A DNA stretch of 64,000 bases from Paraspadella gotoi (Eukaryota; Animalia; Chaetognatha): NCBI GenBank assembly GCA_051294375.1, contig CM119271.1:15072770-15136769 (forward strand), read 5' to 3'. Below the pieces are notes generated by a model. That model had not been told where the DNA came from, searched no databases, and saw nothing but the letters and a program-made list of their open reading frames with translations. Below, one piece after another: positions 38,088-48,470 of this stretch; the first letter of the stretch is position 1, and each line of letters opens with the position of its first letter. A program made the position numbers and the translations under genes.

Positions 38088-38894
38088 ATGGCGGACGAGG
38101 ACGACATGGGCGGAGATTTGATGGACGCAGTCGACGACGACGTGGATGACTTTGACGACGAACCCGATGCCGAGGACGCCGGCGGCGAGGAAGGACAAGA
38201 GGGCGGCGGCGGCGTGGACATTCTCTCGGCCGACGACGCCGCCACGGGTCAGGTGGACCCTTCCAATCGAATCACGACCCCCTACCTGACCAAATACGAG
38301 CGGGCGCGAGTGTTGGGGACGCGTGCGCTGCAGATCGCCATGTGTGCGCCGGTTATGGTGAGAATTAATTGGAGGGGCAGGGGGTTATTGTAAAAAACCT
38401 AAAGATTGTGGGCGATAAATTAGTTAAGAAATTGTAGTTTTATGGCAACGGGAGGAATGCCTGTGGTACCCGGGGCGCGGGATATCTCACCAACTGGCGT
38501 AGGGGCTGCGGACCCTTAGTGACCGCCTCCTGTCACTGGCATGTTTAGACCGGCTCCGTCACATTTAAGCCAGAACCGGGATACCCACGGATTGAACCCG
38601 GGACGCACGGTTGTAACGAGATATTTTAGCCTGCTCAGCCATTGAGACGGGGCTGAGGACGGACAGCAGTGAAGCAGCTTTAAGTCTTGCTGCCACAGTT
38701 TATTATTTAATTTAATATCAATTTGAATAATTTCTTCTTCTTCCTCCCAGGTGGAACTTGAGGGCGAGACGGACCCTCTCGAAATCGCATACAAAGAACT
38801 CAAAGCCAAAAAAATCCCAATTATTATTCGACGATATTTACCCGACGGAAGTTGGGAAGACTGGGGCATAGACGAACTCATTAATACTGAGTAG
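38088..38894 (+). CDS. POLR2F: RNA polymerase I/II/III subunit RPABC2 (RPB6); exons 38088-38357, 38751-38894
   Basis: [30 protein letters not shown]|[38 protein letters not shown]. Confidence 0.97.
38441..38697 (-). mobile_element. Twister-ribozyme LTR-like element, family C
   Basis: TGTGGCAG...GTTGCCATA on the minus strand, TSD GTTT/GTTT. A box TGGCTGAGCAGG, B box GGGTTCAATCC. Confidence 0.9.
38494..38573 (-). ncRNA. Type-P5 twister ribozyme (family C)
   Basis: CTGGC-TTAA-ATGT-GA-CGG-AGCCGGTC-T^AA-ACAT-GC-CAGTGAC..GTCACTA-AGGG-TCCGCAGC-CCCT-AC-GCCAG. T1 is CGG/CCG and P2 is ATGT/ACAT. Confidence 0.78.
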
Positions 38895-39157
38895 ATTTCA
38901 CTTTTCATTTTGTGATCGCTATCCCGAATCCACCCCCCCCCCACTTTTCACTGCTATTGAGTCTCAAACATTTTTTGACGTTCGAATCGTTAAATTTCTA
39001 GGTTATACGTTCCAATTTTTATTCGGGCCTTACCTATCCGCGTTATTATTTTGTGTATTGTACAATAAAATACTTGTTTTAGATTATAAAAGTTATTTCT
39101 TAAAACGGACAACTTAAGGAAGTGGAAATAGCCAATAGCCAATAAGGAAAGCAAAAA

Positions 39158-39871
39158 ATGCCGGCGGCGAAGAAAAGCGAGAAACGGGGTAAGAGTTCGA
39201 TCAACGAGGTCGTCACCAGGGAATACACCATCCATCTCCATCGACGGTAAATTAATCACTTCATCAAATTGGGATCTCAGAAAATCAAATGGAGTTTTAT
39301 CCTATACGACTCTCCATAACGTTTTTTGAGAGGGAGAAAACAAATTGTCCAAAACAGATTAAAATTATAAATAAAGTAAAAAATCTTAAAGTTTACTATA
39401 AATCTGTACTGCAATATGCTAATGAATTTTTAGTATGTTTTTAGACCAATTCCCTTTATCCAATTTGCCCCTCCTACTGAGAATTTTACCCTATCCCTCT
39501 TCAGCATCTTCGGCATCGGCTCCAAGAAGCGTGCACCCCGCGCCATCAAGGCCGTGCGTGACTTTGCTGTCAAAACGATGGGCACCGTCGATGTTAGGAT
39601 CGATACAAGGCTTAACAAGCATCTTTGGTCGAAAGGTTGCAAGGGCGTGCCCGTCAGGGTCAGAGTCAGGTAAGCCACATTGTTAAATAAATAGTTTAAA
39701 TACACTAGTAATATAATAATTGTTATTTTTTTATTTAATTTCCTGCCCACCAGATTGGCGCGCAAGCGCAACGAGGATGAGGACAGCGTCCACAAACTCT
39801 ATACCTACGTGACCCACGTGCCCACGACCTCCTTCAAAGGCCTCCACACCGTCAACGTCGACGCGGAATGA
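39158..39871 (+). CDS. RPL31: 60S ribosomal protein L31 (3 exons)
   Basis: [18 protein letters not shown]; [15 protein letters not shown]; [16 protein letters not shown]; [15 protein letters not shown]. Confidence 0.97.
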
Positions 39872-40074
39872 ACCACAACCATTAATAACAACAACAACAA
39901 ACTTTACATCGTTTAATATCGGGACGTCAAATTTTTAAGTCGGGTTAACGAATATTAGATGAAAATTAGTATTGAATTTTGTTCGGCTTCCAGTTAATAT
40001 TAAATTTCTTTTTTTTTCTTAGTTTTTTTGTTTTTAGATTTTTCATATAAAAAGAAAATATTAAAAGAATAAAG

Positions 40075-40889
40075 ATGAAGCTGAATCCATTCGTGTCCTC
40101 ATCGAGAAGAAAGTGCAGGTAACTTGTAAGAATTGGAAGTAATGAAAAGTTGTTATTAAAACACGAATTTCTTGTAGAAATTAGTATTTTTATTCCTTTT
40201 ATTTAAAAGGTTTAATTTCTTTAATTTAATTTAATTAATTTATTTAATTAATTTCTTTTATTCATCGTTTCTTCCTTTTCCGCAAGGCGGCGCCACTTCC
40301 AAGCTCCCTCTCACATTCGACGCAAGATCATGAGCGCCCCTCTGTCGAAGGAGCTCAGACAAAAACACAACGTCAGATCGATGCCCGTTCGCAAGGACGA
40401 TGAGGTCAAGGTCACCAGAGGTCATTACAAGGGCGAACAGACCGGAAAGGTCATGCAGGCGAGTACAAAATATTTAATATAGGTCGATATTTAATATTAT
40501 TTATATTAGCTTTTTTTCAATTTTTATTAATCTTTTTAGGTTTACCGCAAAAAATACGTGATCTACGTGGAAAGAGTTCAGCGCGAAAAGGCGAATGGCG
40601 CCACCGTTCAGGTTAAAAATGAATTAAAAATGAATTCAGTATATACATAATGTATTTTTTATTCTTTCATCGTCAAATAAATTTTTATTATTTCCATTTA
40701 TTTATTTAAAAAGATTATATATGAGTTAAACCTCAGGTGGGCATCCATCCGTCCAACGTCGTCATCACCAAATTGAAGATGGACAAAGACCGGAAGCTGA
40801 TCCTCGAGCGTCGCGGCCGAGCCAAGGCCGAAGCGTTGGCCAAGGCCAAGGGCAAATACGCCCAAGAGGAGATGGAGACGAGCGCCTGA
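40075..40889 (+). CDS. RPL26: 60S ribosomal protein L26 (4 exons; intron 2 is GC-AG)
   Basis: [13 protein letters not shown]; [24 protein letters not shown]; VRKDDEV; [20 protein letters not shown]; [20 protein letters not shown]. Confidence 0.97.
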
Positions 40890-41372
40890 TTCGGGCGAAG
40901 AAGAGATGGCCTCTAAGGGTTGAATCGCCTGGTTTGGGACCATCTCGCTTTTCTGTCAAAAGCACAAATTTGATTAGGAATTTTCGTGCGAATCTCAAAA
41001 AAACAATTTCGGTCACTCATGTGGATTCTGCGTCTGTTTTTTTTATTCCTCGATCATGAAGTTAAATTTGTTTCTTTTTCAGCTTCCATGTGTATTTTGT
41101 TGAAGGTATTGTGAATATTTTTCTTAAAAAAAAAAAAACCAAATATGATTTTTTTTTTCCTTATCGGTTTTAATATTTCGTTCACTTCTAAGTTAAGATT
41201 GTTTTAAGTTTTTCATCCTCAAGTTTGATAGTTACCCTTTAGCTACAAAGCTTTAAAAAAAACCCTGCAAGGTTTAAAAGAAAGGTTAAGCAAATCATTC
41301 GGTTTCAAATCAGTCAAAAGAGATATTATAAATTCAGATAGATAATTTTTTTCCCGCCAATTTTAATTCGTC

Positions 41373-44300
41373 ATGGGAATCGAAAAGCTTCAATCTTTCA
41401 TGGAGACGAAATGCAACTCTGCCAACCGCATCGTCGACTTAGGCGAGCTGGCCAAAGAGCAGCCATCGGCGGACGGAGCCGTCTCCGGTGCCCCCAAGCC
41501 GTTGCAGCTAGTCGTCGACGCCGAATCTTGCCTCGATCGCCTCTACGGCGGCCACCACGCCGACTGGGTCGCCGGCGGACAGTGGAATCGAATGCTGGAG
41601 TTCCTCTTGTCTCTACGCGATTCCTGCGCCAAATGCCACATCAAGATCGTCGTCTTCATGAACGGCGCCTTGGAAAAGCAGCACCTGGCCGAGTGGGGCC
41701 GCGGGCAGTCGCTCGTCCGCTGGCGCATTCAGGCAGCCATGCGCGAGGTGCTCCGCGAACGCCGTGCGCCTTCGCCGCGCCTCTGGGTGGCGCCAGCGGG
41801 GCTGCGTCAATGCCTGCGATTGGCGCTGCGCCACGTAGGCATTCCCGTGATGCTGAGCCGAGAGTCTCATCGTCACGAGGTGATTGATTATTGTCGCGAA
41901 CACAATTTCGACGGCGTCGTCGCCTCCGATCCAGCCTTCCTTCTTTTCCGCCCTCCGCGCTACTTCTCCGCCCGAATGCTCAAGCTCTCCTTCAAGAAAG
42001 AGTTGACCACCGTCGAGTTCCTCGTCGACAAGCTGGCCAATGAGCTCGAATTGCAGCCGGAACGGCTCGTCCTTCTCGGCGCCCTCCTGGGCAATCACAT
42101 ATTGACCGAGGAGGACTTGAAAGAGTTTCACGAGAGAGTGATCGCCGATTGTGAGTCGGAACCGAGGGCGTCTCTCGTCGAAGCCGTCTCACAATTCCTC
42201 GCTCAACTCGATTCCGTCGACGATCTCAACTCCCTCGCCAATCTCCTCTTTTCCGACGCCGAAAACGCGGCGTCGCTCGCCTCCAAACTTCGCGGCAGCG
42301 TCGCTTTTTATCTCCGCGGGACCGAGCAGGGGGCCGCGGCGACGCAGCGGAGCAAGTCGCCTGCGAAGGAATTGATGGCGATTAAGGTTAAAGTTAAGGT
42401 TAAAGTTAAGTTTAAAGTCTCACAGTTTTTTTTTTGTCAATGGGTGAGATTGGATTCAGTTTTCTCTTTACGCCGACGTTGGGTTAGGTATGGCGATAAT
42501 TTTGTATTAATTAATAATAACTTTAATCAAAAATTTGCGTTTTGTTCCCCGACGATTTTGTTAAGTATCTCTATTTTAGGGAGAAGGTTGATTTAGTTTG
42601 TCTAGTTTTCTGTTTGTAAGCTTAAAATATTCTTAGTTTCATAAAGTTTCATTCTTAAGGTTTCATATTTAATTGAAATTAATAAAATATAAAAATATAT
42701 AAACTACTAGCTATTATCCAACATGTAAATGGTATTAAAAACCACAGCCTCAGTTTTAGAAAAACTAGGAATCGGTATTCGCTAGAAAGATGTTTAAAAT
42801 TAACAATGATTAATATATTTTTAAAAATGACAATAATCCCAGGCTGTGACCAAGGAAACGTCAGCCACGGCGGCTGCGGCGGTGGCAGCTGCGGCCATCG
42901 CAGCTCCACCAGTCGTCTCCAAATTCGCTCCATTCTATTCCGATTCGGAAGAGGAGCGACGCTACCTACTCGGCGAGACCCTCAGTCCCTCGACGAGCGT
43001 CTCCCAGTTGATGTTGCTGCGCCACACGAAAGGTCTCCTCTCCCCGGATGTGGGGCACATCCTGACTCATCGCGAGATCAAGTTGGCCGCCGTGATGGAG
43101 GACGTGACGAAGGAGTTGACGCCGTCGGCGATCGATCTCTATCGAGATCTAAGGCAGAGGGTCTACGGTCTGCTCTTGGACGTTAAGGGGAAAGAGGAGG
43201 AAGGGGAGCTGGTGGTTAAGGTGAGGGGGTAGCGAAGGGAGAAAGGGGGTTTGATAATGGGAACTTTTATTATTTATTTGTAAGGGAAGTTTCTTTTTGT
43301 CCACTCCTCCTGCATGCCATTCTCCATGCCATGTTCCTTGACATCCTTCTCACCCTGCCCTTCCCAGGAATGGCACGTGACCAAAGGCAACGAGGCCGAG
43401 CGGCCCGATCTCGTCGCCGCTGTCGCCCTCGACTGGGACGTCCCCTCCCTCGAGCGGCTCTGGTTCGGCTCGGAGGCTGCTGACGCGCAGGGTAGACTCA
43501 AGGCTTTTCTCTCTTGTTTCGGGGCCGACGATCCCTCGTTTTTGGATCCGGAGAAGGGGAGTTGGGCGAGATCGGCAATATCAAAATTAAGAATAGGACA
43601 TCGGCAATATAAAAATTAGGAATATAAAAAAATACTAAAAATTTGATTATTAATTTGAATGATTCAGGTTCCGCGCAAGTACTTGATACTTTGCGCGGTC
43701 CTTCGCTACATGCTAGAATTCGGCAAAGTCAAAAAACCTTTTCTCGCGCTGCACGAATTCGAAGCCTTTCTCGCCGCTGCCGTCTGTCCCGTTATGAAGA
43801 ACGTCCGTTTGACCAAGGAAATGCAACTTAGGAAGGTTGAACTGATGTTTTTTTTGAGTTGCTACCTTTTTACTAATCTTGGTTGGTTCTTTTTAAGTTT
43901 TAACTTTATTAATCCTTATCCGAACAATTTAAATTATCATTGATACCGACGTCAGGTTTACACTCGCGGCCTAACGTTGGGGGCGCTGATGATGAAGGGC
44001 GTCGAGTGGGCGAGTCTGGTAAACGACGCCTGCGGTTCGCCCGTTCCCTGGCAACTGACTTGCCCTTGGGAGTTTTTCGACGGGAAGATCTTCCACTTGA
44101 AGTTGATCAAAGCGTGTTCGGGATCTCCTTTGTTGGAGGTGAGAGAGAGAGAGTGAGTGTGAGTGTGTGAGTGAGTGTGTCAATCGTCCCCCCGATTTCT
44201 TTCAGGTCTGCGAGAACCGCGCGGATCAGTTGATCTTAGTTGAGCGAATGAGAGACGCGGTTTTGGGAAACAGAAAATTCGAGTTTGCTTCGCCAAAGTT

Positions 44301-44903
44301 GGGTCGAATGCCACCGAGAGGAGCTAATTCCGAAAGGGTCTCCGCCAACGCCGCTGCTCAAAGCCGCGCCCCGCGGACCACCCCACCATTTCGTCAGCAG
44401 CCGTCGGCCGGCGGCGACGCGGCGAGCGCTGCCGGTGCAGTCGCCCCTCATGGAGGCGCCATTGGCGTTTCGCAAAAGAATTCTAAAGACGCCGCGGAAA
44501 TCTACGCCGACGCCTATGCCACGGCCTACGTCAACTTTTGCGCCAACAAAGGCAAAAAAGCCTCGTCGTTGGGGGAAGAATCCTTCGCTCAAGGATACGC
44601 GGCGGCGATGGCGGCCGTAGGACGAGATCCCGCGGATCGAGCTCCACAGCCGAGGCAGGGTGGATTCGTTCGTCGTCAGGAGTCTTTTCAAGATAGGTAC
44701 ACTATTAATTAGTATGTAGATTTAATTACCATTTTAAATGTTAGAAAACTATATAATAATGAGATTCGTTCTCACTTGATTCTCACAGAGTCTCGCGTCA
44801 GGCGGCAGCCTACGCGAACTATCACAGCTTCCCTCGGAACAGGCGTTCCGCCTTCAGGCCCAAGTATCCCGATCCGCTCTTCAGGACGGGGTTTTACTCG
44901 TAG
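41373..44903 (+). CDS. FAM120 family (constitutive coactivator of PPAR-gamma-like, PIN-like fold), multi-exon
   Basis: MGIEKLQSF; LVVDAESCLDRLYGG..DWVAGGQWNRMLEFL; LLGNHIL; LYRDLRQRVYGLL; LVNDACGSPVPWQLTCPWEFFDGKIFHLKL. Confidence 0.9.
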
Positions 44904-45765
44904 ACATTCTCGGTCGAGGCTGAAGCTCAATGGATGGCGAAGGTGGAAGGGAAAGACTCGAATGTCGATTGTCGAATCAAAGATAAAACTTTTTTTTTCT
45001 TTTCCTTAAAATTTTTTTGACTCATTTCGCTTTTGCGCGTTGGGTTTGAAAAAAAACAAAAAAAAACAAACAAACAAAACAAGCGCGATTTTTTTTGAGG
45101 CTTTAAAAGGTACACAAATTATTTACACTAATAAAAGGTAATTATTAGCTCCTAAGAACTTTTTTGAAAATGTGATGTCATATTTCGAACCTTATATCGA
45201 GCCGCCGAAAATTTTCAATTTTAATTTCAGTTAAATTCTTTCTTAGCGAATTTGTTTTTTCAAACCTGGCGCGCCATACTATTTTCCTTATGTATAGTTA
45301 GCGGTTTTTCGAAATTTTCTCGAGGTATAGTGATTAGCTAATATCGACCTTCTGCCCTGGCCAAGAGGCGTAAGGGTTATCAATTTTTCTTTGAAATGTG
45401 AATCTGCAGGGCCGCTGGTGCTGCTGATTCCAGAATATCACAGAATATCCTTTTCAAAATCCAAGGCGTCGAAAAAACAGTTAACCTGATTCGATAAAAT
45501 TAATTAAACCTAACAAATTTAATCAAGACGAAAGTATTTCGTAATAATGTATGAAACGGCCTCATCCTTCGGCTGCTTAAAAAAAACCAAACATTTAAAA
45601 CTAAACTTCCTCCAACTCCAATCAATTCGATTCCAAACTGTTTTTTTTTTTCGACGTCAGTTTCTTCAGTTTTCTCTTCTTCTTTTTGTTCCGATTATTT
45701 TTTCTATTCATCGAGTTATATTCGCAGAATAAATTTCCTTCGTTTATATTCTTTTTAATTTGTTT

Positions 45766-46547
45766 GAAGAGAAGAGAAATGAAGGGAACTATTAACAAAA
45801 GAAAAGAGAAATGAAGGGAACTCTTAACAAACGAGAAGAGAAATGAAGGGAACTATTAACAAAAGAGAAAAGAAATGAAGGGAACTCTTAAAAAAAGAGA
45901 AGAGAAATGAAGGGAACTCTTAACAAACAGAGAAGAGAAATGAAGGGAACTATTAACAAAAAGAGAAAGAGAAATGAAGGGAACTCTTAAAAAAAAGAGA
46001 AGAGAAATGAAGGAACTCTTAACAAAAGAGAAAGAGAAATGAAGGAACTCTTAACAAAAGAGAAGAAAGAAATGAAGGAACTCTTAACAAAAGAGGAAAA
46101 GAAAATGAAGGGAACCTTTAACAAAGAGAAAAGAGAAATGAAGGAACTCTTAACAAAAGAGAAAAGAAATAAAGGGAACTCTTAACAAAAGAGAAGAGAA
46201 ATGAAGGGAACTCTTAACAAAAGAGGAAGAGAAATGAAGGGAACTCTTAACAAAAGAGAAGAGAAATGAAAGGGAACTCTTAACAAAAGAGAAGAGAAAT
46301 AGAAGGGAACTCTTAACAAAAGAGAGAGAAATGAAAGGGAACTCTTAACAAAGAGAAGAGAAATTAAAGGGAACTCTTAACAAAAGAAGAAAATGAAATA
46401 AAGGGAACTCTTAACAAAAGAGAAGAGAAATGAAGGGAAACTCTTAACAAAAGAGAAGAGAAATGAAAGGGAACTCTTAACAAAGAGAAGAGAAATAAAG
46501 GGAACTCTTAACAAAAGAGAAGAGAATGAAGGGAACTCTTAACAAAA
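45766..46547. repeat. Purine-rich minisatellite, ~32-bp unit, roughly two dozen copies
   Basis: Unit GAGAAGAGAAATGAAGGGAACTCTTAACAAAA with homopolymer-length variants. Confidence 0.95.
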
Positions 46548-46552
46548 TCCTT

Positions 46553-48200
46553 TCACGCGTTTTCGCTCTTGAGTTTGGGAATGATCTTGGACGCCATCAA
46601 AGCCACTGCCCCCACAATGGCCACCGCGACTGTGATTGAAAGACAATTGAGATTTGGCAAAAAAAAAAAAACTCTCATATTGCAGTATATTTAAATTATA
46701 TATTTATCCTTCCTTTTAGTTTAAAAATTGGATGAATGCTGCTGATTAATGAGTGGTATCAATATTTAATTTAACTTTTCTTCCTCCGCTCACCGGCGAC
46801 AATGTAGATGGCGGGCCTCATCCTCTTTTCCGTTTCACCCTCGATTCTTTCTTTCTCCGTTTCTCCTTTTTTCTTTCTCACGTGAAACGTTTTCTCGTCG
46901 TGAAAGAGGACGAATCCTTCGGATCGCCTCCGACCCACGGAGCAGCGGATTGTTCCTTTTAGGGAGGTGGTCACGGATCAATGTGTATACCGTATTGAAC
47001 ATTTAATTTTTAATTTTTTTATTAACTAAACCGACATATGATAGTCGTTTTTTTTGTTAATATGAAAAACAATGTTATCAGAACCAATGACGTGAAGCAG
47101 TAATGATTCTAAAACCAAATATATATATATATATATAATAAACCATATGGACGTCGTTCATCTATAAATATACAATTATACTGTCCAAAAGCCGAGGTTA
47201 TCTAACACTGCCACATTTGTCTGTAAATGGAATGCTTTCCTCTTACGTCATATGTTGTACTATAAAATATACGCGATCTCGCTTCTTTATTTATTAAATC
47301 GATTTGAATTTCTCCCAATCATCTAACAAATTCTGGAGATTACAATATGCAAATTAGATTGACAGTATTTGGAAAGAAGCGTTTGGCGAGTGCGAAAAGT
47401 GATTGAAAAGGCCACGAAATTTTAATTAAAAAACTTTAATTAGAGCAGAATTAAATATACGTATTTACAATAAAAAAAAATTGTTACTAATCCATAAAGA
47501 CAAAAATCATCCCAGAGCCCCCTACCCTCTCACCCGCGTGCGACGGTGTCGCCAACTTCGTCACCAACGCCCTCCCCTTTTCCTCTTCCGCCCAGGGGTG
47601 CTCGACCGACGAATATCTCTCCCATTTCGCCGAGTCACGTGACCAGAACTCCCAGACGATCACGTGAAGTGATTGGTCGGTGGTGCACTGGAGTCGAACG
47701 TCGACGCTTCGACCGGGGACGATGCCCACGATTTCGACGGCGCCTTTGACGCCACAGGGCGGGAGGTGGCGGCAGGGGCGCCGCTCGTGACATCCGCCCT
47801 GTGGGTTTTGGGATTGAAGGAGATGGGTTAAGGGAAGGGTAAGGTTTTGAGGGAAGGGTAAGGCTTTGAGAGACGACTAACTTGTTCGTCCTTGGGTAAA
47901 TGAGGCAGCGGACAGTCGACGAGGTATCGGGTCTGTTTAGCCTTGGGTCTGTGGAGGAGACGAGACGAGAAATGGACGATCTTTTCCAGCGATAGAGATC
48001 GATTATCTTCGCTCAAACCTGCACATCCCCGAGCATCGCGACCACTCGCTGGTCGACGCTTCGTTTGCGGCATCCGCCGCCGCAGCCGTCAAGCAGAAAT
48101 AATTGATGATAACGAACTTTTTCCAAAATTTCATGTCGGAGGAAAAAGATGATTTTTTGGCGAATATTTGGCTTTTTTATCGTTCTAAAATAGAGATGAA
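46553..48200 (-). CDS. Putative spliced gene for an unknown tail-anchored membrane protein (apparent frameshifts)
   Basis: Minus-strand GC-rich blocks bounded by GT/AG sites: ...VDCPLPHLPKDEQ|GGCHERRPC...KLATPSHA|...EKRMRPAIYIVA|VAVAIVGAVALMASKIIPKLKSENA*. Start and some frames are uncertain. Confidence 0.4.
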
Positions 48201-48470
48201 GAGATAATTTCGGCACTCGAATTGTTCGATTGGTTTTTAGTCATTTTGTAATTAATCCTTTTTTATAAAATTTATGTAATTAGTCTTTCCTCGACTGCCA
48301 TTATCTTTCTTTTTAACTCATCCAGGTTTTTTACCGTTCGATCGTTTCAACGATTCGCGTTGGAAACGAGGAAGAAAACGCCAAACACACACAAAAAAAA
48401 CACTGTTTTCAGGTCAAAAAAACACAAAACCATAACAAAACATTCGAGGCCAAAATAAAGAAACAAAAAA

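Noticed and set aside
45766-46547. CRISPR-like array
   Set aside because: Simple minisatellite with no spacers.
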